In this document: positions 12,530 through 26,553 of the stretch, in pieces
How the letters are laid out: each line of letters begins with the position of its first letter
Numbering within the stretch: position 1 is the stretch's first letter
Assembly (NCBI GenBank): GCA_051294905.1
Contig: CM119384.1
Coordinates: forward strand, 9,486,001-9,550,000
DNA from: Botryllus schlosseri
Lineage: Eukaryota
Length of the DNA: 64,000 nucleotides
Direction: 5' to 3'
Notes under the pieces: generated by a model
Databases searched by the model: none
Seen by the model: only the letters and a program-made list of their open reading frames with translations
Told to the model about the DNA's origin: nothing
Program-made: the position numbers and the translations under genes

Positions 12530-15500
12530 TAGTTTTGGCTCAGCAGTAGGAATGAGTCCTAGATTTCCGACCTGGAGAAATCATGGATATCGAAATCGTA
12601 TCGCATCGGTTTAGATTTACAATATATTTACGAACAAACAATTTAAAATAACTCGAAATGATGATACAATTTTCGGAAGACATTGCGCGTGGTATGATTT
12701 CCGATCATACCGCGCTGAGCGCATGTACCACGCATCGAATATGGCCATTTCTTCCGGCCAATGAGCTCACGAGAACAACACCCGACACACAATGATGCAC
12801 AGAGAGGATTAAATCGGATAACCGACATCTGAACCCGGCACCATTGACGCACTACGCGTCGTTGTGCTAACGGCACTAAAAAATTCCAGTGAAGTATTGT
12901 GAAAGAATGCCAAACATACAGTCAGCGAAAATTTGTACCTATGAGGTCAGGCGGCAGCGGTGAGAAGCAAACCCGCTTCGCCTGTGCTCCGACAATATTT
13001 GGTATATAGGTTCAGGCGAGATTACGCTTTAGAAATGTCTCGACGTTCGTGCGGAGTTCGTACGTTGATGTATAGCCGCATCTGACCCGATCCGAACAAA
13101 GAGCCGGTTGCGTTCACCCTCGCGGCTAGTAGTGAACTGAGTTGTTATTCCGATGTGATATTAGTTCCAACGCAGCGACGATTGAAAAATATCTCTTTGG
13201 AACATAACGTGAACTGGCCACGTCCAGTCGCGAACCGCGTAGAAAGACATATTTTGCCTAGTTTTCAAAAATCATCTTCGTTGTTCTGATGTGTTTTTAT
13301 TATTATTTTCCAGTTTGTTTTCCGTGTCACTCCGTTTCAGGAGCAAAAATGTTTTGCCTAATCGATCGAGTTCTTCGCGAGTTGATTTGGATCTGGATTT
13401 TATCATAATCAAATGCATCTTGTGCATTATGTAATGCCTGTGCCCATCAACGATAATGTTGTACTTGTACTCTGTTATTATCGTCAAGAAGCAGATTGGG
13501 ATGTAGGGTAATGATAGCTGGAGGTCGTTAGCGTGGATCATTTGTAAGATGCGGCGCTTAACATGAACTTTAATAAGCTGTGTACAGTACATACTAACAT
13601 TGGCCGCGATCTATATTTACTAATTGGTAACGATTTTCTGGAGTAGTCAGTTGTCGCTCTCCGGACACTCTTGGCAAATAATGTTTGTCGTCACAATAGG
13701 TAAGTACAAAAGCTTTCTCCCAACGGTCCGCTTACCAACTTTCCCCCGAGGGCTACCGTACATTACGCATCAACGTCGCCCTAAAAATGCGACCCATAGA
13801 CAAGGCATACCTCAACATTACTTCATGAGTAAAAATAAGCGGACGATTCGATTTCACATATACCATTCACGCACGTCTGTATGCGTTCGCCTCGGCAAGA
13901 TAATCGCGGTTAAGTGGTTATGATATCTAGTATATATATAGCACTAACATCGATGACAAGTGGTTGATTACATTTGTCGCGAAGTGATATTTCCGAGAAG
14001 AGTTCTTCATTGTGAACCTTGCCCACAATTCACGGCCTTTATCGATATGAATTCACCTCCACCGTCCAGTAATCCCCGCATGATCGCGATAATTTAACTT
14101 AACGGAATCATGTTTGTTTGATCAAAACGCTGAACCTATGAATCATAGGGTCAAATCTGTGGGATATACGAATGAAAAGAGTGTTTGTAACGACACTGTT
14201 TGCAGTGTAATTTAGAGGCAATGAGGAGACTTGAATAGAAGCCTTCGTAGAGATATTATCAATATTGTTTCGTAGTATGCTGTTACCGTTAACGGTACTT
14301 GACTCAATGTTTTCATGACTGTGAGCAAAATATCATCAGTACTACCTTCCGTGTGGCAAGGAAATAGCAAGTAATCATCCATATTCCACTGAACTGTTCA
14401 ACCATTGAAGTAAACAATACTTTAACGGAGATTTTGACAAACAAAATCCATACCCATATGTGGTTTATGCCGCCGTACAACGCAAGCAGACCTTGATGAA
14501 ATGGAAATGTCATAGTCTACAACTACAGTACACTCTACCTACAATGTTCATGTCCAATTGTCCAGTCCATACACCAGTATTATACATAAATCTATATATG
14601 ATCTACTATATAAAGCGCATTGCGATAATGCTATTCGGTAAAATTACATCAAGCCCAGAAAAGGATTTGAAAGTAGAGTATTTAAAAACTACACTTCTTG
14701 TAATATGTGTTGTTGAAGTATATGCAATGGAAGCCAAATGCTAAGCAGGCATCTAAATACTAATATAACGATAATCCTGCTTTAAGAAATGGCCGGTTCC
14801 GATATTATAATAAATTTAACAGGCCTAAGCAAGTGAACCTTATGAACGTTCATATTCGCTGTTCAAATGAAGGATTATACCCGCAATAGCTGTTTAGTAG
14901 AAAATAAGCCAGTCAGATTTTCGCGCAAGGCAATTGAATGCAAATTCAAAATCAAGTGATTCGAATGCTTGACCTTCATATTTTGTGTCAGTCCAATGGT
15001 TCCTAACCTGCAGGCCAAGGACCACTGGTGGGGCACGGGAGCGTTTTGAGATGGGACTAAAAACTGTTTGGAAAATCAGGAAATCGGTGAAATATTTTTG
15101 TTTTGCTCGTCATTTTACTCTAGCAATTATATATAGCTAATAGTTATGCTCGCAAACTCGTCTGTAAATCGATACATACCAAAATAGCTAGTAGTATCGA
15201 AATGAAAACCTCCCGTCCCCATTTATGGGCAATCTTTAATGTCTATTTTCTTGTCATTTTGACGTCACAATGAAAAATCGAACCGGTGAGCCACAAACAA
15301 TTTTTAACATAGAAATTGGGCCACAGTCATAAAAAGTCTAATGGCCTCAGTATTAGTCACATATTGTTTTTCTATGAAATGAATTCTACAGAACAAATCG
15401 TTTAGGTAGATACGTTAATTACTGATGTGTAATTAAACAATCGACCCAGGTAAGTTTATTAGCACTTTTATTTACGGAATATGAACCCGCATTGCTCGCT

Positions 15501-16231
15501 GTTATAATGTTGCATTAGGTCTTAACGCAGTCTTTGTCTGTAGATATGTACTCGAAATTCTTATTGGCATATCTATTCCATTTTTCGAATTCAGTTTATA
15601 CATCTTCATAGGTTGCTACGCGGCGAATTTACGGTGCGTACATTTGTGTTGGACACGAGAGGTGCTACAACAGCAAAAGTAAAGCTTCGTCCCTATGCGA
15701 AATTCCATACATTCCTCTTACAGCGCTCCGTGCAAGTGACTGAGTTGATCATCTGATGTGACACTTCTGAAGTAGATGATGCAAACGCAAACTGCTGGGG
15801 CTGTACAAGTGGCGGATTGAGTGGTTTTGTTATGAATGTGCTTATTGCGTAATTTTTCAAGCAATGCATGTTGATTATCATTATACATTCTTTCTCAGCA
15901 TGCAAGAATGGAAATACGTATCCAAGAAGAGTGAAACAATTAATCCTACTATATTCCAAACATAAATAATGGTACATATGTTTTCATGTGTGTGCTATAT
16001 TTTGTCTGTGTTGCATTGAAAAGGGGGCGTAGCGACGCACCCTACGACTATAATGCCCGAGATTACCAGGGCTATCATTAACATTTCTAGATATCGCTGG
16101 ATATTGCATTCTTCACTTCTGGGCGTCATATCGAGTGAATTGGTGTATAGTATTACAATAGACTCTGTCGATTTCATTTTCGATTCGGAGGTAGCATAAT
16201 ACTCCGGTAGACACTAGATACGTCTAGTATA

Positions 16232-16251
16232 ATATATATATATATATATAT
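16232..16251. repeat. (AT)10 microsatellite
   Basis: Direct reading. Confidence 0.95.
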
Positions 16252-16834
16252 GTGTGTGCCTGCATTGGCCTTGCTTTCGCTTTTCGGTATCAGATGATTT
16301 CTACTTTCGTTTTCACGGTATCCTGTCACAGTTCCGTATTGTTCTACATGCCGCCGGACCTTTTTTTAGGTACGAGTCCTCAACCGTTATTCTCTATACG
16401 TCATGTTCGGATATTTAGGATGGGCACGAATATCTTAGGTCCCGATGGGCATCATTTCAAATGTAAATATTCGCGTGATCACGTATGATGCTCTTGTCCG
16501 ATCGCAGACCGGCGGAATAAATCGGGGTCGTAGTCACACTGACACTGTGTTAATTCCCAGACGAAGGGTGCGGGAGGTCGAGGCTGTATTGCATTCTATA
16601 TGATGTATATTTAAGGGTGTCATGGTGCTTGACTATACTATCTTGTGCTCCAGATAATTGCGAATCACGTGGTGGCATTTCAGAACATAAAACTTGTCGG
16701 GGGCCTGCGCAACGACGGAATCTAACCTGTTGAAGACATTCTGTGAACAATAGCATATTAGAAATGCGATGTTTTTCATTGTGATTCCACATTACTGGCA
16801 TTGTTCACCACAGCATGAATTTCAATATTGTTCA

Positions 16835-18440
16835 TATTATTATTATTGATGAAAAGTTGAGTGACGCCAGGTGCGTCACGGACTAGAATGAGCGATTGAT
16901 ATACCCAAATGTGGGCAAGAACCGATTTACAAGTAAGTACCACAAGATAGAACAAATTCTGCAACATGGGATAACATTTCGGGGAGGATCAGTAGATCGA
17001 GTGTTGCATTGATTTTGAGCTCGCGCGCCCTGTCGAATAAAAAGTTCCGATGAAAATCATATCGATTGCAGTGCAGCAAAAAATGCTCGACTGTTTCAGG
17101 TACTGTACAATGGTCGCTTAGGTAGGTGTCGCTACATCCAATTTTATATAAATGCGCTTTCAGGCGGCAATAACCTGAACGAAGCCGAAATATTAATCGT
17201 TCGTAAAGCCTACGTCGATGCATCGAAGGAAAGTGGCCATCAGTCAATGATCTATGGAAATTTTGATAGTGACCTCCTCGTCATTTCGTTGATATTCGGC
17301 GTTCCAAGTCGCTCTACACCAGTGGTCGGGAACCTATGGCTCGCGAGCCATATGTGGCTCTTTTGGGTATAAGATATGGCTCTTTGCCAAATATGTATTT
17401 TTGTACTGAATTGGTCAATATTGCAGCGACTTGTCAGTAAATTTTCATCACGACCAGAATAATTATTCTCGTGGCAGTATAAACATGTCTTTCATGAGGT
17501 ATAGACAATGCCTTCTCCAGGTTCAGGGGCTCGGAACCCCTCTTTATGAAAATCCTTAAATTTAAGTTACTGTCGCGCCGCCGACCAATATCACTCGCGA
17601 ATTCTATGTGCCCGACTCGAAATCTTGAATTGTGCGATACGTTGATTAATCAAATACCATAGCACTGATAGCAGACATGGCGACGCACATATCACAACGC
17701 ACTTTTCAAATGCACATTCTCTTCCTGATCTACGGCGCGAAATGAACTATCGTGGACGTGAAATTCCCAATTACAAACTGTAGTACCGTTTACCGGCGAT
17801 AAAATGTATGTATGCGTGTAGCGCAACGTTATGTTACCGCCGAATACTTTGAGAATTGAGATGTCGATCAGTATTCAGACATGTATATTAGATTAATATC
17901 AGTTATAGTAAATCCTAAGCTATTTAAGATGAATTGCGTTATCAATATTGGGGCTTGGCCCGTCTGTGCCTTACCTCTCGTTTCGAGCTTTATGTTCGAG
18001 GAATAAATACCCGTTTTAACAGAGAAAATGTGGCGAACACGACGAATCCCATGTAGTGAGTTCGAATTAGTGCTACCATGACGTTAAGGATTTTTCGATT
18101 GTGGCGTAACAGTTGATTGTTATATATGGCTCTTTGGGAGTTAACATGGAAAAAATAGAGCCAGCAATATGGCTCTTTGGATAAAAAAGGTTCCCGACCC
18201 CTGCTCTACAGTATTGACGAACTTTGGCTTTCGCCTCAGTGTGGCTAATTTCGTCTGGAAGTGTCTGAGAAGGGGTATTTTCGATATCGGTCCTGGCAGC
18301 TTGCCAAGCCAATTTATCGGCTAACTCATTACCACGGATATCAGCATGCCCCGGTACCCAGGCCAGGACAACGATGGCGCCCTTCTGAATCGCTTGATTC
18401 GGCAAGCGACCACATTCAAATATAACATTCTGCGTTCATA
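16835..18440 (-). mobile_element. 5'-truncated, decayed non-LTR retrotransposon of an RNase H-bearing (I-group) clade, split by a hAT MITE
   Basis: 18440-18204 encodes RNase H C-terminus (VVLAWVPGHADIRGNELADKLAWQAA). The frame resumes after the MITE (QYC|RATWNAEY). 17247-16927 encodes the ORF2 C-terminal CCHC-type region (RLRSGYCRLKAHLYKIG...HCTVPETVEHFLLHCNRY). (AAT)4 tail near 16835-16847 resembles I-element (TAA)n ends. Confidence 0.85.
17320..18203. mobile_element. hAT-type (Charlie-like) MITE inserted in the LINE
   Basis: TIR CAGTGGTCGGGAACC / GGTTCCCGACCCCTG; TSD CTCTACAC / CTCTACAG (7/8); subterminal TGGCTC/GAGCCA motifs; removing it restores the LINE reading frame. Confidence 0.88.
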
Positions 18441-18858
18441 GCTTCTTCGATTTTCACACGATCACGGGCGACTATCACTCTTGCGTCCAATCACTCTTCG
18501 TTTCCAATCATGCAGGTCCGAATCAAGGTATTTGCTGACGACATAGCTTTTACGATACTCGAATCCGGATCGAATATTATTTGTAAAGATTCGAGTCGAG
18601 TTGTGGCCTGTGGTAGATGATTTCCCCATGTACTGAAAGCAGGGCCGTAACAGCACTTCGTCAGCCCCCCCCCCCAAAAAAAAAACTTTGTTCTTGGGCC
18701 CCCCATAGGGTTATAGACCGAACTTATGGGGGGCTTCGCCCCCCAGACCCCCCTCCGGCGATACCCTGTTTACCGCTATTCTTCATATTCGTTGGGAGTT
18801 TATTTAGTGAATCAACTTTTGTCGCCGAAGCGCGGGATATTTCTAGAATTCATGACTG

Positions 18859-19334
18859 AATCGGTCAGTATGATCGGGAATTGCATATATATTGTTATCA
18901 ATTTTTATCTTCTCTCTGCTCACGTAATCAGATTTGCCGGTAGAGCTGAGTGAGGTGTGTTTGAAAAGGTAGGACCACTCAATAATAATTAAACATCTTC
19001 GGGCGTATGTCCGTTGGCAGGAACGAAACAGCACCTCTTCAGGCCCCCAAAAACGTGGGTCTTGGCCTCCCATAGGGTGATAAAACGACCCCCCCCCCCA
19101 TCACGTTGTTCGCGTTTGTCACGAAATTACCTGTACTGTATTCTGAGCCAGCGCGAAGCGCGAAAATTTTCGATAATTTATGATAAAATCGGTCAATCAG
19201 ATCGGCGATTGCATATATAATATGCTATCAATTTATTGTCCTCTCTACTCACGTAATTAGATTTATCGGTAGAGCTGAGTGAAGTGTCTTGAAAACGGGA
19301 GGGCCCGTAGATAATGATTAAACATCTTCGGGCG
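18859..19334. repeat. Two ~150-bp diverged direct repeats within a composite GC-run repeat
   Basis: 18859-19005 and 19187-19334 share AATCGGTCA...ATTGCATATATA...CTCACGTAAT.AGATTT..CGGTAGAGCTGAGTGA...ATTAAACATCTTCGGGCG. Confidence 0.8.
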
Positions 19335-20030
19335 GGCGGAACCGTTGATATGACTTCGTTACATGATGTTATTTCGTGACTTCCGGTCTGCTATATCAAA
19401 AAATATAGAATCGCCCAGACGTAGGCTTCTAAACTAAGAGACGCACACGATTTCAAATTGGTATTTCTTCACTGGCATAATTTTTTTCCCAGCGGGATGG
19501 TATTTGTCTTGTGAGGTTCAGATTGCAAAGACAGGAACATTCGGCGCCAGTCATTTAGTCGCATATGGACAATTAAACCTATATGTATTTTGTATATATA
19601 ACGAAGTCTTCGGTCAGCATAAGGGCATAGACCTTTTCGGCCAAGGTTTTCTCGCTGCCGATTGTTCTGGCACACTTCTTGGAGTCGCAAGTTATATGGC
19701 CTAAAACTTGATTGCATTTCTTGGTGAGTCGTGGCGCGGTAATGGCCCAATACCCAATAATACAGATAACTGGCTACTTGAATTCGCGCGGAGCGTGAAA
19801 AAAAAATTGAAAAATTTGCATAAATTTTCAAAAAATACTCTATGATTTATGCTAATTCACGAAATAATTTTGGGCCTCCTTCGAGCTCGGGTCCCTCCAA
19901 TTGGGGGGTTTGGGGTGCGGCAGTTACGGTGCTGAGTGAAAGAATCTGAAATAATAGGAGAATTACCGTTGCGATAATTTTTCCCCGCCGTGGAAGTCTT
20001 GGCGTCTTCAAATGGTCGTATATCGCAGGC

Positions 20031-20905
20031 CAGTGGTTCTCAACTACCGGTGCGCGGACCGGTGCCAATCCATAACAAGTTTCTTGCCGGTCCGCCAGAT
20101 ATATTGGATTTTTATATCTCTATTAGAAAATGCAAGAGGTTTGGGGCTTGTCCAATGTCCATTGTCCATTAATGAAAGAAATAAAGCATCAAATTTTGAA
20201 TATATTTAGAAGTGTGGAACAGATTTTTGCCTGACGTCGCAATTGAGAAATGGTCTACTTTAGGCGTTCGTCTTAATTCTACAAGTGTTATAAGAAACTG
20301 TCAATATGTAGCCTACAACTCGTTCCGGACCAGATGTATGTGAAAGCTACGGAGACTTTTAAGTTAAATTTCAACTCAGCAGCTCTTGGCTCTATGCCTC
20401 TATATGGCAAATTGCTAATTCACATTTCTGTCAAAGGTCACTGAACAATCTGAATCAAGTTAGTGTCATTTAACAGGACTTCGCGAACTTCGCATTGCAG
20501 CAACTTCAGAAGAATTACGTATTACCCATATTACATTCAAGTTGCCGTAATTAAATCTACGGTGAATTTTAGTTTTTGAAGGTTCACCGGTCCGCGAGAT
20601 CTGTTTTAAGGTTTTACCGGTCCGCCAGGTCAAAAAGGTGGTCCGCGGCTGGAACACCAATGGGTTGCGGGTTCGAGTCCGACCGTGGTCGACTTCAATA
20701 CTCCTACACCTAAGAGTTAGAGGTTTATCTAGGCTCCTCCTCGCCACCTCATCCCCGTAAGCAGTATCTTAGAAAAAGCCTAGAAGTGGGCCGTGCTATA
20801 AGTCATCAGTTACGGAATAAAAATGAAGAATGAAGAATATTCCTGGTGTAAATGACCATAGTAGTCGACAAACACCATGAATATTTAAAAACCAACCAAC
20901 CACTG
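20031..20905. mobile_element. hAT-type MITE (CAGTGGTTCTCAA, CCGGTCCGC motifs) whose right TIR is interrupted by a SINE
   Basis: Left TIR at 20031; right-end motif GGTCCGCCAGGTCAAAAAGGT at ~20618-20639 resumes as AACCACTG at 20898-20905; relatives at 40050-41283 and 55003-55200. No clean TSD. Confidence 0.6.
20637..20897 (+). mobile_element. tRNA-derived SINE, most complete copy
   Basis: Pol III B-box GGTTCGAGTCC at 20670-20680 with a possible A-box ~30 nt upstream; conserved body shared with two other copies; (CCAA) tail. Confidence 0.7.
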
Positions 20906-20937
20906 GTATTGGCTACAACGCTATACGCAAGTTAATG

Positions 20938-21226
20938 CTGGAAATGACATTTTCGTGAAGTCGTGATGAACCGATATAGCATTGTCACAAAGTGCAATGA
21001 AATAGGTATGGTCGAAAATCTACCAAATATATCTTCAACGTATATAGTGGAGAACTATGGAATTATTTTCGCTGTGATCGCATAAAAGGTTCATATTTGA
21101 ACTTTCCTCATTGTCCACACTTTTACGATGTCACAATGTGCGATACTCGAATCCTAGACTCGACTCGAAGCCTGCTGCTCGAATATAGGTATCAAATCAC
21201 TTAGGTATTCGATTCTGCCAGACCTG
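20938..21226. mobile_element. Right half of the TAGGGCTGGG MITE family
   Basis: Colinear with 27788-28065 (AAAGTGCAATGAAAT.GGTATGGTCGAAAA...CATATTTGAACTT...GATACTCGA...GACTCGACTCGAAGC...GGTA.TCGATT.TGCC). Confidence 0.75.
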
Positions 21227-24200
21227 GCTCAGATTACTATCTTAGTGGAATATTGAAAGCAATGCAGTTGCAGCATTGCAACCTCCACCGCAAAGAAGGG
21301 TTCGAGCGCACTTCCATAGGTGTAATGTTCTACTACAAGCCACGACCACAATAACAAAGGTGGCGTGGTCTGACTTCTAGTCCCGCGAGATGTTTTGACT
21401 GGGCCATGTCTTCCGATTCGGTTTCGTTAGTCAGTATCGAAGTATCCAAGTGTTACTCGCTCTTTGATTAAACAATAGTATTGTTTGTGCGCTATCTCCA
21501 TTTCTATATACTTGACTTGATCATAGTTTTTGAAGCCATAATACTTGGTTAATGGTTAAAGGATTTCAGATTTTGTATACATTTATATCGGTGACCATGA
21601 CCACACGATAACACACCCAATTATGCAAGGGAGCATGTAATGCGGTTTCGAAGTCACACGTATTTGTATCATCGTTAGCGATGCTGCATTTCATGTGGAT
21701 ACACATTTTGTATTTTTTAGACTCTTCGCTCTTATACAAATTTGCCACGCTACTTATTTGTGTAATTAAAAATCTTTTACTTTCTCCATCTACCTATACG
21801 CAGTTTTAGCCTGCTTGTGGCCTTCAATTGAAGCATTCGATCTATACTCTGAACCCTTTCCAAATTTGGTCTTGTTACCGAAGGATTTCAATTATATAGG
21901 CCACCTGGGCCTGGGCCAGTTTGCTGATCCACTCCCATGGAAGTGATTTTTCACTTGACAAAGTTAAGTATACATATTAGTAGTTCTGTATTTAAACTTT
22001 TAAAGTGAAAGTAGTAAACAAACAAACATTTGAGTAAGTAATACGAGTATATAAAAACTACAAGAGTACTCCGGAAAAGCATATTTACTCCGTACCACTG
22101 CTTAGTGCTAACCACATCTGATATTACTGTTACACATTCTAGTTCTTGGAAATGTGTGATGAGCTTGTATAGGCCACTGTGTCTGTAACTGTTCCATCGT
22201 TTCATCCACCCTTCGACAACGGGTACTGAACCTGAGATACAACTCTAATCTGTAATGTCAGCAATAAGACGAGAAGGGACATTCTTCATCATGCCACCAG
22301 TGTAGGAAAATCGGTGATTAATCGCAATGAGTGGATTTGACTTAATCCTATATTATGCCTTCGGACGGATGACTGTAAAACATTCGAGCCAAGGGTAGGA
22401 AACCTAACCCGATCATACGGACTCCGCAGACGTGACACAACCTTATTAATCATTGAGTATTTATGGCGGAAACGCGTCTGCGAAAACAAATCTCCCCAAC
22501 ACCACCTCGCCCATCAAGTGTTTACCATGTGTTTTCCAGATAGCTGCGATAAACTTCACCGTATGAACTATAACATTTTCTGATGATTCCCTGATATTGG
22601 CATCTCGAGAGGACACGTCATCAATTGATCTTCTGTAGCTTTCAGTCGACGCGGTTTGCCAACTCATCTGGCCTGGCTGTCATGCATCAAATGTCTATCG
22701 ATTTCACGGAATGGGGATATGAAGTGAAACGTTCATATAATTGCATCACAGTGCGTTGTGGTTGATGGCAAATAGGCATCAAATCCGACAACGACACCGT
22801 CTCGACCAGCACCGGGTTAATACCACTCGAATTTGGTAACGTGAAGAAAAACAGCTATAGTATTATTTTCGAATTATTGCGAACGCCCTCTATCCAAATT
22901 ACACTAGGATTAGCAGTGTTGAACAAATTGCGAAAGTAAGGCACAAATTTTCGCACTTTCGAAAACATATGTAACCGATTGGCCTAAATATAGAATGGAT
23001 CACGAATACGTCACAACTCACAAGCCCGACGCGACAATCGCGAATTGTGTTGAAACACCGCGAAACTAATGGAGTTATTTGATTCGAAATTTGATTATGA
23101 AAACCATTTTATCAATTATATCCAAAAAGAGTTGGAGATTAGGCATAATACTTGGTAAACCCACGATATCAATAAAGTCATGTCCATGTAGACTAGAGGT
23201 AGACTCGTAAAAATACTGAGCACATGATGTGGGATGGACAACGCGGGCGTTAAGTCGCGATTTATTGCGTCACAATGGACTGGTGACGACATGTCGTTTC
23301 TGAATGCAAGTGATGGTTAATCTCAATTGTCTTGATACGCTCCTAATGATTACAATTTACAAGTGTCTCAAACTACAGGAATGCGTAACGAACCGAATCA
23401 TACATTTGATTTGTCGAAACTCCTGGTACTTGATCCGGATACTCTACGAATCCATTCCATAAAATTTACCATGGGAGATAAATCGAATGTAAAAGAACTG
23501 AGAACTATGCGCTACAAACGCATATAGTCAAACATATTCGTTGTCTACTTCAGCAACGTTACAACGAGATCGAAATTCAGCAAATGTCAAATCATACTAT
23601 GCTAAATGCCGCACCAGGCAAATGATATCTTATTTGCTTCAAGTATTTTCACCTACTTTTTTGGTTGCTTTCGGCCAAATAAAAAGAAGTACGATTAAAC
23701 TATATGCGCATTAAAAAACTATTTCTGGTTCTCCCCAGTTTCCAACTAGAATTCGAAACAATTCGGAATTTCGAAACGCGGAGCCCGTGATGGCCGGCGA
23801 ACTTTTAGTCCTTTAAAATTGTTTATCGAAATTTCGTTTCATCAAATGGCCCACTTTTTCGTTTCGCAAATGAGATTACATGTAAATTTAAAGCGTAAGT
23901 AATAATCAGCAGACGGCTCAGAAATTACAGGTTATTTGTGTGCGAAACTCCATTGAGAACGGCATCTCAGCAGTCTATTTTGCTTTTCGCGCTTACTAAC
24001 AGCATCTATATTTATGTTATGGGCTTGAAATATTATTAAATTTATTATGCCATGAATGAGGCTTTTCATAGCAGGTTGGATATCACAGATCGCGAAGAGT
24101 AAGCAGTCTAATCATGTTCGGCGCGATTTCCTCCTAAAGTAAATCATCGTCAGCGGCATGACATCCGAATTTGTCAGCTTACTGCCTTCCCCGGCAGTCT

Positions 24201-26412
24201 GTTCCGTGCTGATGACGTGGCTTCTTAAATCGTTTGTTTATGGAACGACACCGGGGATGTATGCCAGCGCCAGCATCAGTTTTTAGCATCACAGTTCAAC
24301 TCGGGTCTACTTTCTAATGAGTCAATAAAATGCTCACGAAAAACAAGGGCCATTCGCTATGTGTCTTTACTTGCGGACTAATTTGAGATTCGAAATCATT
24401 CACAGCGAAGTGTTACGCGTCCCGTCATTCGAGTGAAAACAATAGCCTGTACCCGCTAATCATCCTCTCACACAATGAGTTGTCAGTCCCACAATATCCG
24501 CTTGCTTGTTGCTTTTTTTTTTACAAAATTTCGGTTTCGCTAGTAATTGAAGGAATAAATATTCCATCGTCCGCATCACCCACAGGAAGAGTATTACTTC
24601 CAGCATGTTTATTGTTTATGTATAGTCGTTTTCGTATACTTGAATGGGCGGGTATGTTTATTTTCTTAATGGCACACATTTCAGCCGGAAGAGTAACACC
24701 GATACGATGTATAATGTATTTGTATACGTATAGCCACGCAAAATCTGTGTCCATCCGCAATGCTGGTATCGGTTATGATTATGCTATTAGCATTCAGCAT
24801 ATTTTGTGGAGTACTGCAGCAACCGGCGTACGAGAGCCGAAAACGAATACAAGCAACCGAATCCAAACATACTGAACTTAGTGACCGGTGATTGCGAAAC
24901 TATTGCCCCCAGATACACTTTTATTAGTAATTGCGATGAATTGAATTGTCAACCATTTCGCCGGTATATATTATTGCGCCACAAACATGTTTTGAACAGA
25001 ATATGATCTTGAAAACACGAGCAGACAAACAAAGTTTGTCGTAAACAACTCAAGCCTAGGATGAAAGAAGAGAGGCGTAATGATTGTGCGAAACGGCCGC
25101 TCTTACCTCTCAATACAGAGAGCTGGAATAGCGAGTGTCGAGAATTTTTGTTAGGTCGAGAGAGGTAATCAAATATTCCAACTGGAAATGGCACGAGGTC
25201 CTTCACAGACTACAAAGAATGGCGATAACAATCGACGAGAAGATGATTTCATAAGCTATTCCCGGAGTGAACTTGGCTGCGTTGCCGGAATGAACTTGTG
25301 CACCCTCCATACGTAACAGTCTGTTTTTGAGGTCGCAAACGTTCAGTTCATTCGAAGTCGGCAGACTACAATATTCCTTTATTTACGCCGCATGCCATAC
25401 AACGTGTACGATATATGACTTGGAGATGCTGACAATGACAGCAAAATTCCCAAGAAATATTGTTTTTCGATGGCCAATAGCCGACTTCAACCACTTGGTA
25501 TGAGTAATCCCTTGAAGTACTTGATGATATGAGGTAATGTCATTACGAATTTTCTTATAGCCTACACGCTACATCATTCTGGACTGCCCAGTGCCCACAC
25601 ACCAGTCACTTCGGATATTTTTTAGTCAAGTATCGCATTACAGTTTTCTCAAAAGTATTGATAATCGATAGTTTTACTACTCATTTTTTGTCACTAGTAA
25701 GAGTAACACGAAATATTTCATCATCACCATCACCATTCGAGATAGGTGAAGGTGGAATAACATAAACCACTGAACAGAACTGTAAACACTTGTGACAATG
25801 GTGGGCTATAAATATCGACGCTTTACTGCCACCCGACGAGACTCATATATATCTACTGCCAAAAACGCGCGTGTGAGAAATGAGAATGCTCATTGCGCTT
25901 TCGCAGGTGGAAGGCGATCAACAAAAAGGTAAAATCCCATACTAGAAAAACAATGAAGCCAGGTCATTATGAACAGTCCAGCAGCGTTTCGCACGATGGA
26001 TGTATTTCCATGCGGAATAGATATTGCATACGATGAGTTTTACTAAAACTTTGCATAAACTTGGTTTTAATTATGGAATGGTGTCATATTACTGCGTGAA
26101 GCCACTGCAACACACTGAACGCTGTATTGTTGTTCGCGGACCATATCCGATATGAGGTTCGTGGTCCTTACATTGAAGATTTGTGATATAGAGCGATAAG
26201 GTCAACGCAAACTAATTAAGGAGGTAGTCGAAAGAGTCCGGTGGTGTGAAGTGAAACTCTATCAACATTTTCTCACGCGGTTTTCGAAACCAGCTGGTAC
26301 TGTTATCAATTACTTCCACCCAGTAATATATAGCTGAAGATCATCAGCATTGACAATCTATCTAATCTCCGATAAATGAGTAGCCAAGGCTGTGCCCAGT
26401 CAATTCCTGTTA

Positions 26413-26553
26413 TGTTGTTGTTTGTGGAATCCATGGTGTTTGTCGACTACAATGACCAATTGGCCATTGGCCATGGTCATTTACACCAGGCCGATATTCC
26501 TTATCTTTGACTCCGTATCTGCCGACTTGTAGCACCGCCCACTTCTAGGTTTT
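26413..26553 (-). mobile_element. SINE family copy (reverse orientation)
   Basis: Reverse complement of the SINE body: CCATGGTGTTTGTCGACTACAATG...GGTCATTTACACCAGG...GCCCACTTCTAGG, preceded by GTTGTTG. Confidence 0.7.

Noticed and set aside
20670-20680. B-box suggesting a tRNA gene
   Set aside because: No cloverleaf; it is the head of a repeated SINE.
21990-22860. Exon-like minus-strand segments (e.g. SWQTASTESY...IWKTH)
   Set aside because: Could not be chained into a phase-consistent, recognisable protein.
26310-26365. Minus-strand NADDLQLY, reminiscent of the RT YADD motif
   Set aside because: Single short motif with no flanking RT blocks in any frame.
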